64,000 bases of DNA from an uncultured bacterium (GCA_963977015.1 CAXBMO010000001.1:64001-128000), one strand, 5' to 3'. Positions 10,573-23,779 are shown, counted from the first letter of the stretch. Made by a program: numbers and translations. Notes: generated from the sequence alone by a model not told the origin.

Positions 10573-11757
10573 ATGGCTAAGGAAGCATTTGAACGTAATA
10601 AACCGCACGTGAACGTCGGAACCATCGGTCACGTCGACCACGGAAAAACCACCCTCACGGCTGCGATCTGCCACACTTTGGCGGAATTAGGTTTCGCTGA
10701 GAAGAAGGACTACGACGAAATTGACGCTGCTCCTGAGGAGAAAGAGCGCGGTATCACGATTTCCACCGCTCACGTTGAGTATGAGACCGAAAATCGCCAC
10801 TATGCTCACGTGGACTGCCCTGGGCACGCTGACTATGTGAAGAACATGATCACCGGTGCTGCTCAGATGGATGGAGCGATTCTTGTCTGCAGTGCTGCTG
10901 ACGGCCCAATGCCTCAGACTCGTGAGCACATCCTGCTTGCTCGCCAGGTTGGTGTTCCTGCGATCGTTGTGTTCTTGAACAAGGTTGATCAGGTGGATGA
11001 TGAAGAGCTTCTTGAGCTCGTTGAAATCGAAGTTCGCGACCTTCTCAGTCAGTATGAATTTCCTGGTGACGATATTCCTGTCGTGATGGGATCTGCTCTT
11101 AAGGCGCTGGAAGGTGATACGACTCAAAAAGACAACATCATGAAGTTGATGGCGGCAGTGGATGACTACATCCCACAGCCAGATCGTCCGATCGATCAGG
11201 ATTTCTTGATGCCTGTCGAGGATGTCTTCTCGATTGAAGGTCGCGGAACGGTTGCTACCGGTCGTGTTGAGCGGGGAATCGTCAAGAAGATGGAAGAGGT
11301 TGAAATCGTTGGTATTCGCGACACGCAGAAGACCACGGTTACTGACATCGAGATGTTCCGGAAGTTGCTCGACGAGGGGCGCGCTGGTGACAATGTCGGT
11401 CTCCTTCTTCGGGGAACGAAAAAGTCTGATATCGAGCGTGGCCAGGTGATTGCCAAGCCGGGCACCATCACTCCTCACTGCAAATTCAACGCAGAGGTTT
11501 ATGTTTTGAGCAAGGATGAAGGTGGTCGCCACACTCCATTCTTCAGCAACTACCGCCCACAGTTTTATTTTCGGACCACGGACGTGACCGGCAGCATCAA
11601 GCTTCCTGATGGAGTTGAGATGGTTATGCCTGGCGACAATGTCACGATGGAAGTGGAGTTGATTACTCCGATTGCAATGGAGAAGACCATTCGCTTCGCG
11701 ATTCGTGAAGGCGGTCGCACGGTTGGTGCTGGTCGTGTTGCTGACATTCTGGACTAG
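10573..11757 (+). CDS. tuf: Elongation factor Tu
   Basis: [25 protein letters not shown]; 394 aa. Confidence 0.99.
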   Translation: MAKEAFERNKPHVNVGTIGHVDHGKTTLTAAICHTLAELGFAEKKDYDEIDAAPEEKERGITISTAHVEYETENRHYAHVDCPGHADYVKNMITGAAQMDGAILVCSAADGPMPQTREHILLARQVGVPAIVVFLNKVDQVDDEELLELVEIEVRDLLSQYEFPGDDIPVVMGSALKALEGDTTQKDNIMKLMAAVDDYIPQPDRPIDQDFLMPVEDVFSIEGRGTVATGRVERGIVKKMEEVEIVGIRDTQKTTVTDIEMFRKLLDEGRAGDNVGLLLRGTKKSDIERGQVIAKPGTITPHCKFNAEVYVLSKDEGGRHTPFFSNYRPQFYFRTTDVTGSIKLPDGVEMVMPGDNVTMEVELITPIAMEKTIRFAIREGGRTVGAGRVADILD

Positions 11758-11931
11758 GTTCGGCTCTGCCGAATTCTAATCCGTTTGGATTGAATTTTGC
11801 GCAGCGCGGTGGGTGAGAGCCCATCGCGCTCGCTGACTCTAGAGGGACTGCCTTTGGAGTCTGGAATTGTAAATAACAGAGAGAGTGCTAATTTGTGGCG
11901 TTCTCTTGATTTGATGAAGAATTTTGACAAA

Positions 11932-12007
11932 AGGGTAGTAGCTCAATTGGTAGAGTAGTGGTCTCCAAAACCATTGGTTGTGGGTTCGAGTCCCGCCTGC
12001 CCTGCCA
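11932..12007 (+). tRNA. tRNA-Trp (CCA)
   Basis: Acceptor stem AGGGTAG/CTGCCCT, anticodon arm GTGGT-CTCCAAA-ACCAT, GTTCGAGTC T-loop, encoded 3' CCA; canonical position before secE. Confidence 0.96.
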
Positions 12008-12039
12008 CTTTTTGAGTATACCGACTAAACGAGAGAATC

Positions 12040-12276
12040 ATGGTCCGCCGCATCCAGAAATACATTGGCGAAGTCAAGACTGAGCTTCACAAGGCAACTT
12101 GGCCTTGGGATCCCAAGGAAAAGGGGATGAAGAAGTATAAGGAACTGATCGATTCAACGGTTGTGGTTCTCATCGCGATGATCTTGCTGGGTGGATACGT
12201 TGCATTCGGGGATTTGATCTTGATCAACGTCATGAAGCTTCTCACTCGTGGTCTCCCCGGTGGGGATGTGGGTTAA
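12040..12276 (+). CDS. secE: Preprotein translocase subunit SecE
   Basis: ELHKATWP motif, single TM, position between tRNA-Trp and nusG. Confidence 0.92.
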   Translation: MVRRIQKYIGEVKTELHKATWPWDPKEKGMKKYKELIDSTVVVLIAMILLGGYVAFGDLILINVMKLLTRGLPGGDVG

Positions 12277-12299
12277 CCCGGAAATTTATCGATTACATC

Positions 12300-12875
12300 A
12301 TGGCTCTAGTCCCATCTCCAGAAGATCAATGGTATGTCGTTCACGTTTTGTCCGGACAGGAACAGAATGTGGTGAACAGTCTCAATCGGCGTATTGAGTC
12401 GGAAGAGATGTCTGATGTCATCTTCCAGGTGCTGGTGCCTACCGAGCGAGTCTCTGAGGTTAAGAAGGGGAAGAAGACGGAAACCACGCGGAAGTTCTAT
12501 CCTGGTTACATCATTGTAAACATGCATCTCTACAATGATGATTTTCACACGATGGTGGAGCGGACCTGGTATTTCATCCAGGAGACGCCGGGAGTTATCA
12601 ATTTTGCCGGCGGTAAGGACCGCCCGTTCCCGATGCGTAAGTCGGAAGTTGAGCAGATGAAGGCTCAAATCGAGGCGAGTGAAGACGGCGCTGTTCCCAA
12701 GGTTCAGTTTGAGATTGGCGAGACGGTCAAAGTCGCCGATGGGCCATTCGAGAGTCAGAACGGAACGGTCGAGGAGATCGATCTCGAAAAAGGCAAGCTT
12801 CAGGTCACGGTGGAAGTCTTTGGGCGTCCCACACCTGTTGAGTTGGAATTTTGGCAGGTTGAACGGATTCAGTAA
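12300..12875 (+). CDS. nusG: Transcription termination/antitermination factor NusG
   Basis: WYVVHVLSGQE, FYPGYI, KOW domain, VFGRPTPVELEF. Confidence 0.97.
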   Translation: MALVPSPEDQWYVVHVLSGQEQNVVNSLNRRIESEEMSDVIFQVLVPTERVSEVKKGKKTETTRKFYPGYIIVNMHLYNDDFHTMVERTWYFIQETPGVINFAGGKDRPFPMRKSEVEQMKAQIEASEDGAVPKVQFEIGETVKVADGPFESQNGTVEEIDLEKGKLQVTVEVFGRPTPVELEFWQVERIQ

Positions 12876-12922
12876 CTGCCCCCAAACAGAACGAAGAACT
12901 CTTTTTTTAGAAACTCAGAATC

Positions 12923-13348
12923 ATGGCCAAAGAAGTCATCAAACAAATCAAACTGCAGATCCCTGCGGGCCAAGCCAATCCGTCTCCTCCAGTGGGGCCA
13001 GCTCTTGGTCAGGCTGGTGTCAACATCATGGGGTTTTGCAAGGAATTCAACGCAGCTACCCAGGCGCAATCCGGAAATTTGCTTCCGACCGTCATCACGG
13101 TTTACAAGGACCAGAGCTTCTCGTTTATCACGAAGCAGCCGCCGGCAGCCGTTCTGCTGAAGAAAGCCGCCAATATCGCCGCCGGGTCAGGAGAGCCGCA
13201 CAAGAAGAAGGTTGCCCAACTTACCAAGGAGAAGCTGATGGAAGTGGTGAAGATGAAGATTGAGGATCTCAATACGGACGACGAAGAAGCAGCTGCTCGC
13301 GTTCTTGCCGGAACTGCGCGCCAGATGGGGATCGATATCGTCGATTGA
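12923..13348 (+). CDS. rplK: 50S ribosomal protein L11
   Basis: [27 protein letters not shown]. Confidence 0.98.
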   Translation: MAKEVIKQIKLQIPAGQANPSPPVGPALGQAGVNIMGFCKEFNAATQAQSGNLLPTVITVYKDQSFSFITKQPPAAVLLKKAANIAAGSGEPHKKKVAQLTKEKLMEVVKMKIEDLNTDDEEAAARVLAGTARQMGIDIVD

Positions 13349-13365
13349 TTATTTTTAACGAAAAC

Positions 13366-13401
13366 TGCAGGAGGGCCCGAGACGGGTTCGTTTGAACTGC
13401 A
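13366..13401 (+). promoter_or_regulatory. Putative L1-binding autoregulatory RNA element upstream of rplA
   Basis: TGCAG-GAG-GGCCCG-AGA-CGGGTT...GAA-CTGCA: two stems separated by an asymmetric purine-rich internal loop, 8 nt before the rplA ATG. Confidence 0.6.
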
Positions 13402-13409
13402 CCAATACA

Positions 13410-14117
13410 ATGCCCAAAAAACGAAGTAAGCGATATGTGAAGGCTGCCGAGATGGTGGACTTCAAAAAACAGTATGCTCTGAGTGATGCGGTGGAAGTCA
13501 TCAAAAAGTTTCCCGCTCCCAAGTTCGATCAGAGTATCACCATCAGCTTCAAGCTCGGAGTTGATCCTCGGAAATCCGACCAAATGGTCCGCGGAACTTG
13601 TGCTCTGCCGCACGGGAGTGGTAAGGAAGTGAAAGTCGTCGTTTTCGCCGAGGGTGAAGCCGCGATCGCTGCCAAAAATGCCGGAGCCGAGCATGTTGGA
13701 TATGAGGACCTGCTCAAGAAAGTCAAAGACGGCTTTACTGACTTTGACGTTGCCATTGCAACTCCAGCCGCGATGGCGGAAGTGAGAAAGCTGGGCCGGG
13801 TGTTGGGGCCGAGAGGTTTGATGCCCAATCCAAAAACTGGAACCGTCACGGACGATACGGCTACTGCGATTCAGGAAGTGAAAGCCGGACGGGTAGATTT
13901 CAAAATCGATCGCAATTCCAACGTGTCTGTCCCAGTTGGAAAAGTCTCGTTTGAGCCTCAGCAATTGGTTGAGAACACGAAGGCTGTCATTGATGCAATT
14001 TCAACGGCGAAGCCTGCATCCGCAAAAGGAGTCTTCGTTCAGGCGATGACACTGGCGGCGACGATGTCCCCTGGAATCTCGGTGGACTCCGCCGGGTTGA
14101 TCAAAGCAACAGTGTAA
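13410..14117 (+). CDS. rplA: 50S ribosomal protein L1
   Basis: LGVDPRKSDQMVRG, LGPRGLMPNPKTGTVT. Confidence 0.98.
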   Translation: MPKKRSKRYVKAAEMVDFKKQYALSDAVEVIKKFPAPKFDQSITISFKLGVDPRKSDQMVRGTCALPHGSGKEVKVVVFAEGEAAIAAKNAGAEHVGYEDLLKKVKDGFTDFDVAIATPAAMAEVRKLGRVLGPRGLMPNPKTGTVTDDTATAIQEVKAGRVDFKIDRNSNVSVPVGKVSFEPQQLVENTKAVIDAISTAKPASAKGVFVQAMTLAATMSPGISVDSAGLIKATV

Positions 14118-14138
14118 CTTTAGAGACGGAGAATTACG

Positions 14139-14687
14139 ATGAGTGAGACCCAAACAGCGGAAAAACAGCCCCGCAATGCAGATAAAACGACGATCATTGA
14201 CTCAATTCTTGAGGACATCAATGGCTCGGCTTTTATCATTCTGACCGAATACACCGGCATCACGGTGGATCAGTTTGGTGAGTTGCGGAAGCGATTGCGT
14301 GCGACCGGCTCAAAATGCCAGGTTGCCAAGAACACCTTCGTTCGCGAAGCGCTGAGAAGTGCTGAGGCACCGAGTGAGATTGAAGAAAGCCTCAAGGGGC
14401 AGACTGCGATCGTAACCGGCGAACAGGATATTTGTGCTGCGGCCAAGGTTCTGAAAGACTTTGCCAAAGAGTTTGAGAAGCCGGCATTGAGGTCGGGAAT
14501 TCTGGACGGGAAGTACATCAGCGAAGACGAGATTCGCGGCCTTGCCGATCTTCCTCCCAAGCCGGTCCTGTTGGCCCAGCTTCTGGGCGTTCTGAATGCA
14601 CCCGGTTCCAAACTGGTTCGCACCATCAACGAGCCAGGCGCATCACTGGCCCGCTTGTTGCAAGCGAAGGCAGACAAAGGCGAGTAA
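14139..14687 (+). CDS. rplJ: 50S ribosomal protein L10
   Basis: YTGITVDQFGELRKRL, VAKNT, LADLP; position in operon. Confidence 0.96.
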   Translation: MSETQTAEKQPRNADKTTIIDSILEDINGSAFIILTEYTGITVDQFGELRKRLRATGSKCQVAKNTFVREALRSAEAPSEIEESLKGQTAIVTGEQDICAAAKVLKDFAKEFEKPALRSGILDGKYISEDEIRGLADLPPKPVLLAQLLGVLNAPGSKLVRTINEPGASLARLLQAKADKGE

Positions 14688-14820
14688 ACAAAAAATTTGA
14701 ACTGATGGCCCGAATCATCCGGGCCTGATTATTAAAACATAAAAGGTTCCTTGTCGGCTTCGCGGCGGCGTTGCTAAAACGGAAGGACGCTTTCTTCCAC
14801 GACGATACCAAAACTACAAA

Positions 14821-15204
14821 ATGGCTGATCTAGACAAAATTAAAGACGAGCTCAACAAGCTCACCATCCTTGAAGTGGCCGAATTGGTCAAAACCCTCGA
14901 AGAAGAGTGGGGCGTAAGCGCTGCTGCACCTGTTGCTGCGATTGCAGCTGCTGGGGGTGGCGACGGCGGCGGAGAAGCTGCTGAAGAGAAAACCGAATTC
15001 GACATCGTTCTCGATGGATTCGGAGACAACAAGATCGCAGTGATTAAGGAAGTTCGTGGAGCCGTTCCAGGCCTCGGACTTGCTGACGCCAAGAAGATGG
15101 TGGAAGCTGCTCCTTCAACGTTGCGTGAAGGCGTTGCCAAGGAAGAAGCTGAAGAGATCAAAAAGAAGCTCGAAGAAGCTGGAGCAAAGATTACCCTCAA
15201 GTAA
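14821..15204 (+). CDS. rplL: 50S ribosomal protein L7/L12
   Basis: [35 protein letters not shown]. Confidence 0.98.
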   Translation: MADLDKIKDELNKLTILEVAELVKTLEEEWGVSAAAPVAAIAAAGGGDGGGEAAEEKTEFDIVLDGFGDNKIAVIKEVRGAVPGLGLADAKKMVEAAPSTLREGVAKEEAEEIKKKLEEAGAKITLK

Positions 15205-15230
15205 TTTTTTAGTCCTATCTCTTTCAATTT

Positions 15231-15262
15231 GCCGTCCTTGGATTTCCAAGGGCGGCTTTTTT
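15231..15262 (+). terminator. Rho-independent terminator after rplL
   Basis: GCCGTCCTTGGA/TCCAAGGGCGGC hairpin followed by T6. Confidence 0.85.
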
Positions 15263-15738
15263 GTGAAGGAAAAGAGGTTGGAAATGGGGCTTGGCTAAAA
15301 TTTTTCCGGAAATCTTAAGTTTTTTGCGTACAAGGCTCTTGACATTTTGCAAATTATCCGTTCTCTACCGTTCGGATTTTGCACCTGCGTTGGAAATTGA
15401 CGAAATGAGTCTCCAAGTTTGGCGTCCCTTTCTACGATTTCCTCCTTTGAACCTTTCTCGACGAGAGTCCCCGGCCTTCTCTGAATTCAGATCTTCCAAG
15501 TTATACTCGTAACGCTCAGTTCGAGGTCTTTGATGGACCCCGAATGGGTGTTTTTGTGTCGAGTAGGAGCGAGGTGCAATCTTCCAACCTTTAGAACTAT
15601 AGCAATCATACGGCTGGAATCGATTACTTTTTTCAGTCGGCCCCTTCCGAATCCGGATCGATGACCCCGGAGCATACTCCGCGAGACTTATCGCGGCTCA
15701 CTTAAATCATAACGCCACAACCCTAGACTCCAACGAGC

Positions 15739-18700
15739 ATGGAAAAACTAGAAAGACGCTACTTCGGTAAACTTAAAGAGCCAATCACTCCACCGAACCT
15801 TATCGAGGTTCAGGTAGAGTCCTACGAGGAATTTTTGCAGCGTGATGTGCCTCCGAGCAAGCGCAAAATGACCGGACTGCATGCGGTTTTCAAGGAGGTC
15901 TTTCCGATCGACAGTTATGACGAGAAGTTCACGCTGGATTTTGTTACCTATGATGTGGGCGATCCAAAGCTCACGGCCTTGGAGGCATTGCGCGAGGGCG
16001 AGACCTTTAGCGCTCCGCTCTACGTAACGTTTTCGTTGAAGGAAGAGCAGGGGACCAAGGAAGAGCGGGTTTACATGGGTGAATTGCCACTGATGACCCG
16101 GCGCGGGACGTTTGTTATCAACGGTGCTGAGCGGGTTGTTGTCAGTCAGTTGCACCGTTCACCTGGTGTTTGCTTTGAACGGAGTTATCACCTGAACGGA
16201 AAAGAACTTCACGGCTTCCGAATTATTCCCGATCGCGGTTCCTGGCTCGAGGTTCAGTTCGACACGAACGATCTTCTTTACGTTTACCTGGATCGCCGCC
16301 GTCGCCGCCGGAAGTTTCTTGCGACGACCTTCCTCCGCGCAATCGGATTTGGCACGGATGAAGAGATCATTCGCGAATTTTACGACGTGGAGGAGATGAA
16401 GCTTCGCGAAGATATCGACGAAGAGATTCTCAGTTCGAAGGTTCCTTTCACCGACTTGCTCGATGGAGAGATTATTCTCTGTAAGGCTTATGAGCCAATG
16501 ACCATCGGCGTGGTGAAACAATTGATCGCTCTGGGCCACAAGAAAGTCCCGGTTGTTGATACCAGCAAGGACGACATCCTGCTCAAGTCTCTCAAGAAAG
16601 ATCCTGCACATGACGAGGAGGAGGCGCTCAAAGACATCTATCGTCGTTTGCGCCCTGGCGATCCGCCAACGGTTCCCAACTCTCGCGCTCTCTTGAAGCG
16701 GCTTTTCTTTGATCCGAAGAAATATGACCTGACTCGCGTTGGGCGCTACAAGATCAATCAGAAGTTGAACGTCGGTGTTGATGACGATCAGCGGGTTCTT
16801 GTGAAAGAGGACTTTGTTGCCGCTCTCAAATATCTCCTGAATCTCAAACAGGGTGAGGGCGTGCTCGACGATATCGATCACCTAGGAAGTCGACGCGTTC
16901 GCGCCGTTGGCGAACTTCTCGGCAACCAGTGCCGCGTGGGCTTGGCCCGCACCGAGCGCTTGGTGAAGGAGCGGATGACTCTCTTCGATGTCAACATCGA
17001 GGGGATGACGCCCCAGAAGCTGATCAATCCAAAAGCGCTGAGCGCTGTGGTTCGCGATTTCTTTGGTCGTTCCCAGCTCAGCCAGTTCATGGATCAGACC
17101 AACCCGCTGTCAGAGCTGACTCACAAACGTCGTCTTTCGGCGCTTGGACCGGGTGGTTTGAACCGCGATCGTGCCGGATTTGAAGTTCGCGACGTTCATC
17201 CTTCGCACTACGGCCGGATCTGCCCGATTGAGACTCCGGAAGGACCGAATATTGGTCTGATCAACTCCATGTCCACGTTTGCACGGATCAACGAGTTTGG
17301 TTTCATTGAAACTCCGTATCGCAAGATTGTGAAAGGGGTTGTGAAGCCGGAGATCGAATATCTGACGGCTGACCAGGAAGAGCAGCACTATATTGCCCAG
17401 GCCAACAATGAGTTTGATGAAAAGGGCAAGTTCCTCAACAAACGGATTACGGTTCGTTATCGGGGTGACTTCCTCGATCTGGAGCCAACCCAGTCCAGCT
17501 ACATGGACGTTTCCCCCAAGCAGCTGGTTTCGGTTGCTGCGGGATTGATTCCATTCCTGGAGCACGATGACGCGAACCGCGCATTGATGGGATCGAACAT
17601 GCAGCGCCAGGGCGTGCCATTGTTGATCTCTGACTCGCCCTACATTGGCACCGGAATGGAAGCCAAGGTGGCCCAGGATTCTCGTGCGGTGATGGTTGCT
17701 GAAGGCGACGGGATCGTTGCTGCTGCCACGGCGGAGATGATCGTCACTACCAAGGACGGAAAATTGCCGGTGACCGATCGGGAATTTCTTTCCAATCCCA
17801 ATTCGGTGAAGCCGAACAAGAGCAAGGGGATCTTCATCTACCCACTTCGCAAGTTCATGCGCTCCAACGCTGGAACCTGCATGAACCAGAAGCCAATCGT
17901 TCGTCTTGGTGAAAAGATCAAGGAAGGCGACATTCTCGCTGACGGTCCGAATACCGAATACGGTGAGTTGGCGCTTGGTCGAAATGTCCTCGTGGCATTC
18001 ATGCCTTGGAATGGTTACAACTTTGAGGATGCCATCACCATCAGTGAACGGGTCGTAAAGGAAGACGTCTACACATCGATTCACATTGATGAATTTGAAG
18101 TGGGAGCCCGGGACACGAAACTTGGACCTGAAGAAATCACCCGGGATATTCCCAATGTCGGTGAAGAGGCCCTTAAGAATCTGGCGCAGGACGGTGTCGT
18201 TCGTGTCGGCGCCGAGGTGAAGCCTGGCGATATTCTGGTCGGGAAGATTACTCCGAAGAGCGAAACCGAGCTGGCTCCGGAAGAGCGCCTGCTTCGCGCG
18301 ATCTTTGGAGAGAAAGCGGCCGACGTGAAAGATACTTCGCTTCGCGTCCCATCCGGTTGCACCGGCATCGTGATGGATGTTCGCGTTTCATCTCGAAACA
18401 CTCCTACCCGCCAGAAGTTGAGTAAGGCGGAGAAAGAGAAGCAGATGAAGGAGATCGATGAGGAGTGGAAGCGTAAGCGTGAAGAGTTGACCGATGAATT
18501 GACGGAGAAACTCAGCGACGTGTTGCTTGGTGAGAAAATTCCTCTGGATGTCGTCAACGGCCAAACTGGTGAGATCGTCATTCCTGCGAACAAGAAAATC
18601 ACGAAGACGCTGCTGCGGAAGCTTGCTGAAAGCTATGACACGATTGAGATCGATCCGAGCCCGATTCGCGTCAAGATCGTCGAGATCATTGGCGGATTTG

Positions 18701-19575
18701 AGCAGAAGTTCAGCGACGTCGATGAACAGCGGGATACCCGCCTTGATTCCATTGAAACGGGTGACGATGTCGATCCCGGCATCATCAAGCAGGTGAAAGT
18801 CTACGTCGCGAAAAAGCGCAAGCTCAGCGTGGGTGACAAAATGGCGGGTCGTCACGGGAACAAAGGGGTTGTTGCCAACATCGTTCCTGAGCAAGACATG
18901 CCCTTCCTTTCCGATGGAACGGTTGTTGATATCTGCCTGAATCCTCTCGGGGTGCCGAGCCGGATGAACGTTGGTCAGGTCTTGGAAACGCACTTGGGTG
19001 TCGCGGCCAAGGCTCTTGGATTCAAAGTTGCAACTCCGGTTTTCGACGGAATTTCCGAAGCCAAGGTCATGGAATACATGAAAGAAGCCAAGAAGGTGGA
19101 AGGATTCACTTGGATTGGCGAAAACGGAAAGTCCGAGCTCTTTGACGGACGAACCGGTGACCGGTTCCACCAAGAGGTGGTGGTTGGCATCATTTACATG
19201 CTGAAACTCGGCCACTTGGTTGAAGACAAGATCCACGCCCGTGCGGTTGGTCCTTACTCTTTGGTTACGCAGCAGCCTCTGGGCGGAAAGGCTCAGTATG
19301 GTGGTCAGCGTTTTGGAGAGATGGAGGTCTGGGCGCTCGAAGCCTACGGTGCCGCCTACACGCTTCAGGAACTTCTCACCGTCAAGTCTGACGATGTGCA
19401 GGGCCGGACCCGAATCTACGAGGCGATTGTGAAAGGCGACAACAACCTGGAGGCCGGGACTCCCGAATCCTTCAACGTGTTGATCAAGGAAATGCAGAGC
19501 TTGGGACTAAACGTAAAAGTCGGCCCAAGCAATCAATCTGAAGCTGAGCAAATTGAAAGTCTCGGCGCCGCCTAA
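15739..19575 (+). CDS. rpoB: RNA polymerase beta subunit
   Basis: [62 protein letters not shown]. Confidence 0.99.
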   Translation: MEKLERRYFGKLKEPITPPNLIEVQVESYEEFLQRDVPPSKRKMTGLHAVFKEVFPIDSYDEKFTLDFVTYDVGDPKLTALEALREGETFSAPLYVTFSLKEEQGTKEERVYMGELPLMTRRGTFVINGAERVVVSQLHRSPGVCFERSYHLNGKELHGFRIIPDRGSWLEVQFDTNDLLYVYLDRRRRRRKFLATTFLRAIGFGTDEEIIREFYDVEEMKLREDIDEEILSSKVPFTDLLDGEIILCKAYEPMTIGVVKQLIALGHKKVPVVDTSKDDILLKSLKKDPAHDEEEALKDIYRRLRPGDPPTVPNSRALLKRLFFDPKKYDLTRVGRYKINQKLNVGVDDDQRVLVKEDFVAALKYLLNLKQGEGVLDDIDHLGSRRVRAVGELLGNQCRVGLARTERLVKERMTLFDVNIEGMTPQKLINPKALSAVVRDFFGRSQLSQFMDQTNPLSELTHKRRLSALGPGGLNRDRAGFEVRDVHPSHYGRICPIETPEGPNIGLINSMSTFARINEFGFIETPYRKIVKGVVKPEIEYLTADQEEQHYIAQANNEFDEKGKFLNKRITVRYRGDFLDLEPTQSSYMDVSPKQLVSVAAGLIPFLEHDDANRALMGSNMQRQGVPLLISDSPYIGTGMEAKVAQDSRAVMVAEGDGIVAAATAEMIVTTKDGKLPVTDREFLSNPNSVKPNKSKGIFIYPLRKFMRSNAGTCMNQKPIVRLGEKIKEGDILADGPNTEYGELALGRNVLVAFMPWNGYNFEDAITISERVVKEDVYTSIHIDEFEVGARDTKLGPEEITRDIPNVGEEALKNLAQDGVVRVGAEVKPGDILVGKITPKSETELAPEERLLRAIFGEKAADVKDTSLRVPSGCTGIVMDVRVSSRNTPTRQKLSKAEKEKQMKEIDEEWKRKREELTDELTEKLSDVLLGEKIPLDVVNGQTGEIVIPANKKITKTLLRKLAESYDTIEIDPSPIRVKIVEIIGGFEQKFSDVDEQRDTRLDSIETGDDVDPGIIKQVKVYVAKKRKLSVGDKMAGRHGNKGVVANIVPEQDMPFLSDGTVVDICLNPLGVPSRMNVGQVLETHLGVAAKALGFKVATPVFDGISEAKVMEYMKEAKKVEGFTWIGENGKSELFDGRTGDRFHQEVVVGIIYMLKLGHLVEDKIHARAVGPYSLVTQQPLGGKAQYGGQRFGEMEVWALEAYGAAYTLQELLTVKSDDVQGRTRIYEAIVKGDNNLEAGTPESFNVLIKEMQSLGLNVKVGPSNQSEAEQIESLGAA

Positions 19576-19612
19576 ACCTCACTTCTGAATCAAATTTTAA
19601 GTTTCTCCACCC

Positions 19613-22600
19613 ATGGAAAATAGCGTCCAATCCCATCTAAAAGAACTCTTTGGCGGCGAGCTAAAGGGAAAAGGCTTTGACCAGGTCACCATCACTGTGG
19701 CCTCAGCCGACGTCATTCGCTCCTGGAGCGAAGGCGAGGTCAAGAATCCGGAAACCATCAACTATCGAACCTTTAAGCCGGAAAAAGGTGGCTTGTTCTG
19801 TGAGCGAATCTTCGGTCCTACCAAGGACTGGGAATGCGCCTGTGGAAAATACAAGCGGATCAAGCACAAAGGCGTGATCTGCGATCGTTGTGGTGTTGAA
19901 GTTACCTTGAGCCGTGTTCGTCGCGAGCGCATGGGCCACATCGAGTTGGCGGTCCCCGTCAGCCACATCTGGTTCTACAAGTGTATGCCATCCCGCATCG
20001 GTCTGATGCTCGACATGAGCGCACGCCACCTTGAGCGTGTCATCTATTACGAGGATTACATTGTGATCGAGCCGGGCAATACACCGCTTGAGGCTGGACA
20101 ATTGCTGACGGAAATGGAGTGGCGCGAAGCTGAGGAAGAATATGGCGAAGACTCGTTCCGGGTGGGAATGGGGGCTGAAGCTGTGAAAGAGCTTCTTTCT
20201 CAGGCGAACTTGGCAGAATTGGTCACTGAGCTTGAAGAAGCGATGACCAAGACTCGCTCCAAGCAGATCCGTAAGAAACTGGCCAAGCGTTTGAAGCTGG
20301 CCCAGGGATTCGCCAGTTCGCACACGCGTCCTGAGTGGATGATCCTGGAAGTGCTTCCGGTTATCCCTCCAGATTTGCGACCACTGGTTCCATTGGAAGG
20401 CGGTCGCTTCGCGACGTCGGATCTCAACGATCTCTATCGCCGTGTCATCAACCGGAACAACCGCTTGAAGAACCTGCTGCAACTCAAAACTCCGGATGTG
20501 ATTATCCGGAACGAGAAGCGGATGCTTCAGGAAGCCGTTGACGCCTTGTTCGACAACGGACGCCACGGCCGTGCGGTCACCGGAGCTGGAAACCGTGCAC
20601 TCAAGTCGCTTAGCGATATGCTGAAGGGTAAGAGTGGTCGTTTCCGTCAAAACTTGCTCGGAAAACGGGTCGATTACTCGGGACGTTCCGTCATCGTTAT
20701 CGGACCTGAACTGAAGTTGGGACAATGTGGATTGCCGAAGAAGATGGCTTTGGTTCTGTTCGAGCCATTCATCATTCGCCGTCTTAAAGAGATGAATTTC
20801 GTGCACACGGTGCGAAGCGCGAAGAAGATGATTGAGCGCCGGACTCCTGAAGTCTGGGACATCTTGGAAGAAGTGACCAAAGGGCACCCGGTGATGTTGA
20901 ACCGGGCCCCAACCTTGCACCGTCTTTCGATCCAGGCTTTCGAGCCGGTGTTGATCGAAGGGTCTGCGATCCGTTTGCATCCGCTGGTTTGTGGAGCTTA
21001 CAACGCTGACTTCGATGGCGACCAGATGGCAGTTCACGTTCCTCTCTCGATCGAGGCTCAGCTGGAAGCGCGCATGTTGATGCTTGCTCCAAACAACATC
21101 TTCTCGCCTTCATCCGGTCGACCAGTTACGACTCCGTCTCAGGATATTACGCTGGGTTGTTATCATCTGACGTGGACGAAACAGCTTCCCATCCGCGAAG
21201 ACGACAAGCTGAAGACGCTTCCGTTGTTTGCCGATATGGGTGAGGTTGAGTTTGCGGTTGCAACTCGCCGGGTTCACATCCACGACGCGATTCGCCTCAA
21301 GAATCCTGACTTCGGAACCGACACGGTTTACGGAGAGAAAGACATCAAAGTCATCGTGACCACGCCAGGACGAGTCCGGTTTAATGAGATCTGGCCTGAG
21401 GGGCTTGGTTTCATTAATAAGACTGCCGGTAAAAAGGTGCTCGGCGACGTGATTTGGCGTTGTTACCAAGTTGCCGGTCAAGACGGAACGGTTCTTGCCC
21501 TTGATCGCCTTAAGAACCTTGGGTTCCGCGAAGCTACTCGATCCGGTGCGTCGATTGGAATTAGCGACATGGTAATTCCGGTCGAGAAGCGTGGAGCTCT
21601 CGACAAGGCTTATGAGCAGTTGGAAGTCGTCGAGACTCAGTACGCTCGGGGTATCATTACCAATGGTGAGCGATACAACCGCGTGATTGATATCTGGACT
21701 GACGCAGGTGATGAGATCACGAAGGCTCTGTTCAGAACGATTGAGTTTAACGATGGTAAAGCCGCTCCAAACCCACTCTTCATGATGGTTGACTCTGGAG
21801 CCCGTGGTAACCGCCAGCAGATCAAGCAGCTCTCCGGAATGCGTGGACTGATGGCCAAGCCAAGTGGTGAGATTATCGAACGTCCTATTACGTCGAACTT
21901 CCGCGAGGGATTGAGCGTGTTGGAATACTTCATCTCAACTCACGGAGCTCGTAAAGGTCTTGCGGATACGGCGTTGAAGACGGCTGACTCCGGATACTTG
22001 ACTAGGAAGCTGGTTGATGTTGCACAGGACGTGATCATCACTGAGCACGATTGTGGCACTGTAAACGGTATCGTAGTCGCTCCGATTTATGAGGGTGACG
22101 AGGAAGTCGTCGATTTGCAGACTCGAACCTACGGGCGAGTCAGCGCCGAACGCGTGAAGGATCCGGTCAGCGGCAAAGTCGTTGTCGATCTGAATGAATT
22201 GATCGATGAAGGTGCCGCAAACCGCTTGGCTGCGGTTGGATGTGAGCAATTGAAAATCCGCTCCGTTCTCACCTGCGAATCAACAGCAGGATGTTGCGCC
22301 CTTTGCTACGGCATGAGTCTCGCAACTCAGAAGATGGCACAAGAAGGCGCGGCCGTCGGTATTGTTGCCGCTCAGTCCATTGGAGAGCCGGGAACGCAGC
22401 TTACGATGCGGACCTTCCACGTTGGTGGTGTTGCCGCCCACTCCTTGAAGCAACCGATTATCAAGCTCAAGCATTCCGGAGCACTTCACTACAACAATCT
22501 CCGAACGGTAGAGAGTGTGGATGGCCGCTGGGTTGTCCTTAGTAAGAACGGTAGCATCAGCGTTCACGATGCCGATGGTCGTGAGCTCGAGAGCCACAAT

Positions 22601-23779
22601 CTGGTGGTTGGTTCAGAGATTTCCAAGCCCGATAACGCCAAGGTCAAATCCGGCGAGACAATCGTGCAATGGGATCAGCACAACATTCCGATTATTACGG
22701 AAAAAGGTGGTGTGATCGAGTTCCGTGACATGATTCTCGGAATTACCGTTGCGAAGAAAGCAGAGGAATCTTCTGGCGGAGAAAGCATGGTGGTCGTTGA
22801 GCACAAGGAGGATTTGCATCCACAGATTGTGATCAAGGATCCCAAGACCAAAGAGCATCTCGCGAACTACTCGATTCCTGCCGGGGCTCACTTGTCGGTC
22901 GAAGAAGGCCAGAAGGTAACGGGTGGAACCATGGTCGCCAAAACGCCACGGAAAGTTGCCAAGACGAAGGATATTACCGGTGGTCTGCCTCGAGTAGCCG
23001 AACTGTTTGAAGCTCGTAAGCCCAAAGATTCTGCGGAGATCGCAAAGATCGATGGAATTGTGGAGCAGAGCGGCATGGCTCGCGGTAAAAAGCGGCTCAT
23101 CATTACCGACCCGGATACCGGGGAGGAAGAAGAGCATCTCATCCCAATGAACAAACACATCGTTGCCCAAAACGGTGAGTTGGTTGAAAAGGGATCGCAA
23201 CTTACCGAAGGCCCCGTTGTTCCTCACGAAATTCTGGAGATTTGCGGACCTCACGAGTTGCAGGAACACTTGGTCAACGAAGTCCAGGAGGTCTATCGCC
23301 TCCAGGGTGTGGAGATCAACGACAAGCACATTGAGATCATCATCCGCCAAATGTTGCGGAAGGTGAAAGTGACCGATCCGGGCGACACGCATTTCCTCTG
23401 GGGAGACCAAATCGAGCGAATCGATTTTGAACTCACCAACAAGGATATCGAAGAACAGGGTGGTAAACCTGCTGAAGGTGAACCCGTCCTTCTTGGGATC
23501 ACCAAGGCTTCATTGGAAACCGACAGCTTCATCTCTGCGGCTTCCTTCCAGGACACGACTCGAGTTCTGACTGATGCGGCGACACTAGGAAAAGTGGATA
23601 CCCTTCGTGGATTCAAGGAAAACGTGATCATGGGTCACCTCATTCCCGCGGGAACTGGTTTCCACCTTGCGCGGAACATTGAAATTCAAGCCACGGTGGA
23701 ACCTGAAAAACCAAGCGAGCCTGAATTCGTCGAAGAAGACGAAGAATCCATCGAGCCAGATTTTGTGGCGATGGATTAA
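19613..23779 (+). CDS. rpoC: RNA polymerase beta' subunit
   Basis: NADFDGDQM catalytic motif, N-terminal Zn finger, [13 protein letters not shown]. Confidence 0.99.
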   Translation: MENSVQSHLKELFGGELKGKGFDQVTITVASADVIRSWSEGEVKNPETINYRTFKPEKGGLFCERIFGPTKDWECACGKYKRIKHKGVICDRCGVEVTLSRVRRERMGHIELAVPVSHIWFYKCMPSRIGLMLDMSARHLERVIYYEDYIVIEPGNTPLEAGQLLTEMEWREAEEEYGEDSFRVGMGAEAVKELLSQANLAELVTELEEAMTKTRSKQIRKKLAKRLKLAQGFASSHTRPEWMILEVLPVIPPDLRPLVPLEGGRFATSDLNDLYRRVINRNNRLKNLLQLKTPDVIIRNEKRMLQEAVDALFDNGRHGRAVTGAGNRALKSLSDMLKGKSGRFRQNLLGKRVDYSGRSVIVIGPELKLGQCGLPKKMALVLFEPFIIRRLKEMNFVHTVRSAKKMIERRTPEVWDILEEVTKGHPVMLNRAPTLHRLSIQAFEPVLIEGSAIRLHPLVCGAYNADFDGDQMAVHVPLSIEAQLEARMLMLAPNNIFSPSSGRPVTTPSQDITLGCYHLTWTKQLPIREDDKLKTLPLFADMGEVEFAVATRRVHIHDAIRLKNPDFGTDTVYGEKDIKVIVTTPGRVRFNEIWPEGLGFINKTAGKKVLGDVIWRCYQVAGQDGTVLALDRLKNLGFREATRSGASIGISDMVIPVEKRGALDKAYEQLEVVETQYARGIITNGERYNRVIDIWTDAGDEITKALFRTIEFNDGKAAPNPLFMMVDSGARGNRQQIKQLSGMRGLMAKPSGEIIERPITSNFREGLSVLEYFISTHGARKGLADTALKTADSGYLTRKLVDVAQDVIITEHDCGTVNGIVVAPIYEGDEEVVDLQTRTYGRVSAERVKDPVSGKVVVDLNELIDEGAANRLAAVGCEQLKIRSVLTCESTAGCCALCYGMSLATQKMAQEGAAVGIVAAQSIGEPGTQLTMRTFHVGGVAAHSLKQPIIKLKHSGALHYNNLRTVESVDGRWVVLSKNGSISVHDADGRELESHNLVVGSEISKPDNAKVKSGETIVQWDQHNIPIITEKGGVIEFRDMILGITVAKKAEESSGGESMVVVEHKEDLHPQIVIKDPKTKEHLANYSIPAGAHLSVEEGQKVTGGTMVAKTPRKVAKTKDITGGLPRVAELFEARKPKDSAEIAKIDGIVEQSGMARGKKRLIITDPDTGEEEEHLIPMNKHIVAQNGELVEKGSQLTEGPVVPHEILEICGPHELQEHLVNEVQEVYRLQGVEINDKHIEIIIRQMLRKVKVTDPGDTHFLWGDQIERIDFELTNKDIEEQGGKPAEGEPVLLGITKASLETDSFISAASFQDTTRVLTDAATLGKVDTLRGFKENVIMGHLIPAGTGFHLARNIEIQATVEPEKPSEPEFVEEDEESIEPDFVAMD

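Noticed and set aside
11758-11931. rpmG between tuf and tRNA-Trp
   Set aside because: No L33-like ORF; only a hairpin at about 11803-11830.
15739-23779. Inteins, frameshifts or an rpoB-rpoC fusion
   Set aside because: Both ORFs are of normal length, uninterrupted and separated by 37 nt.
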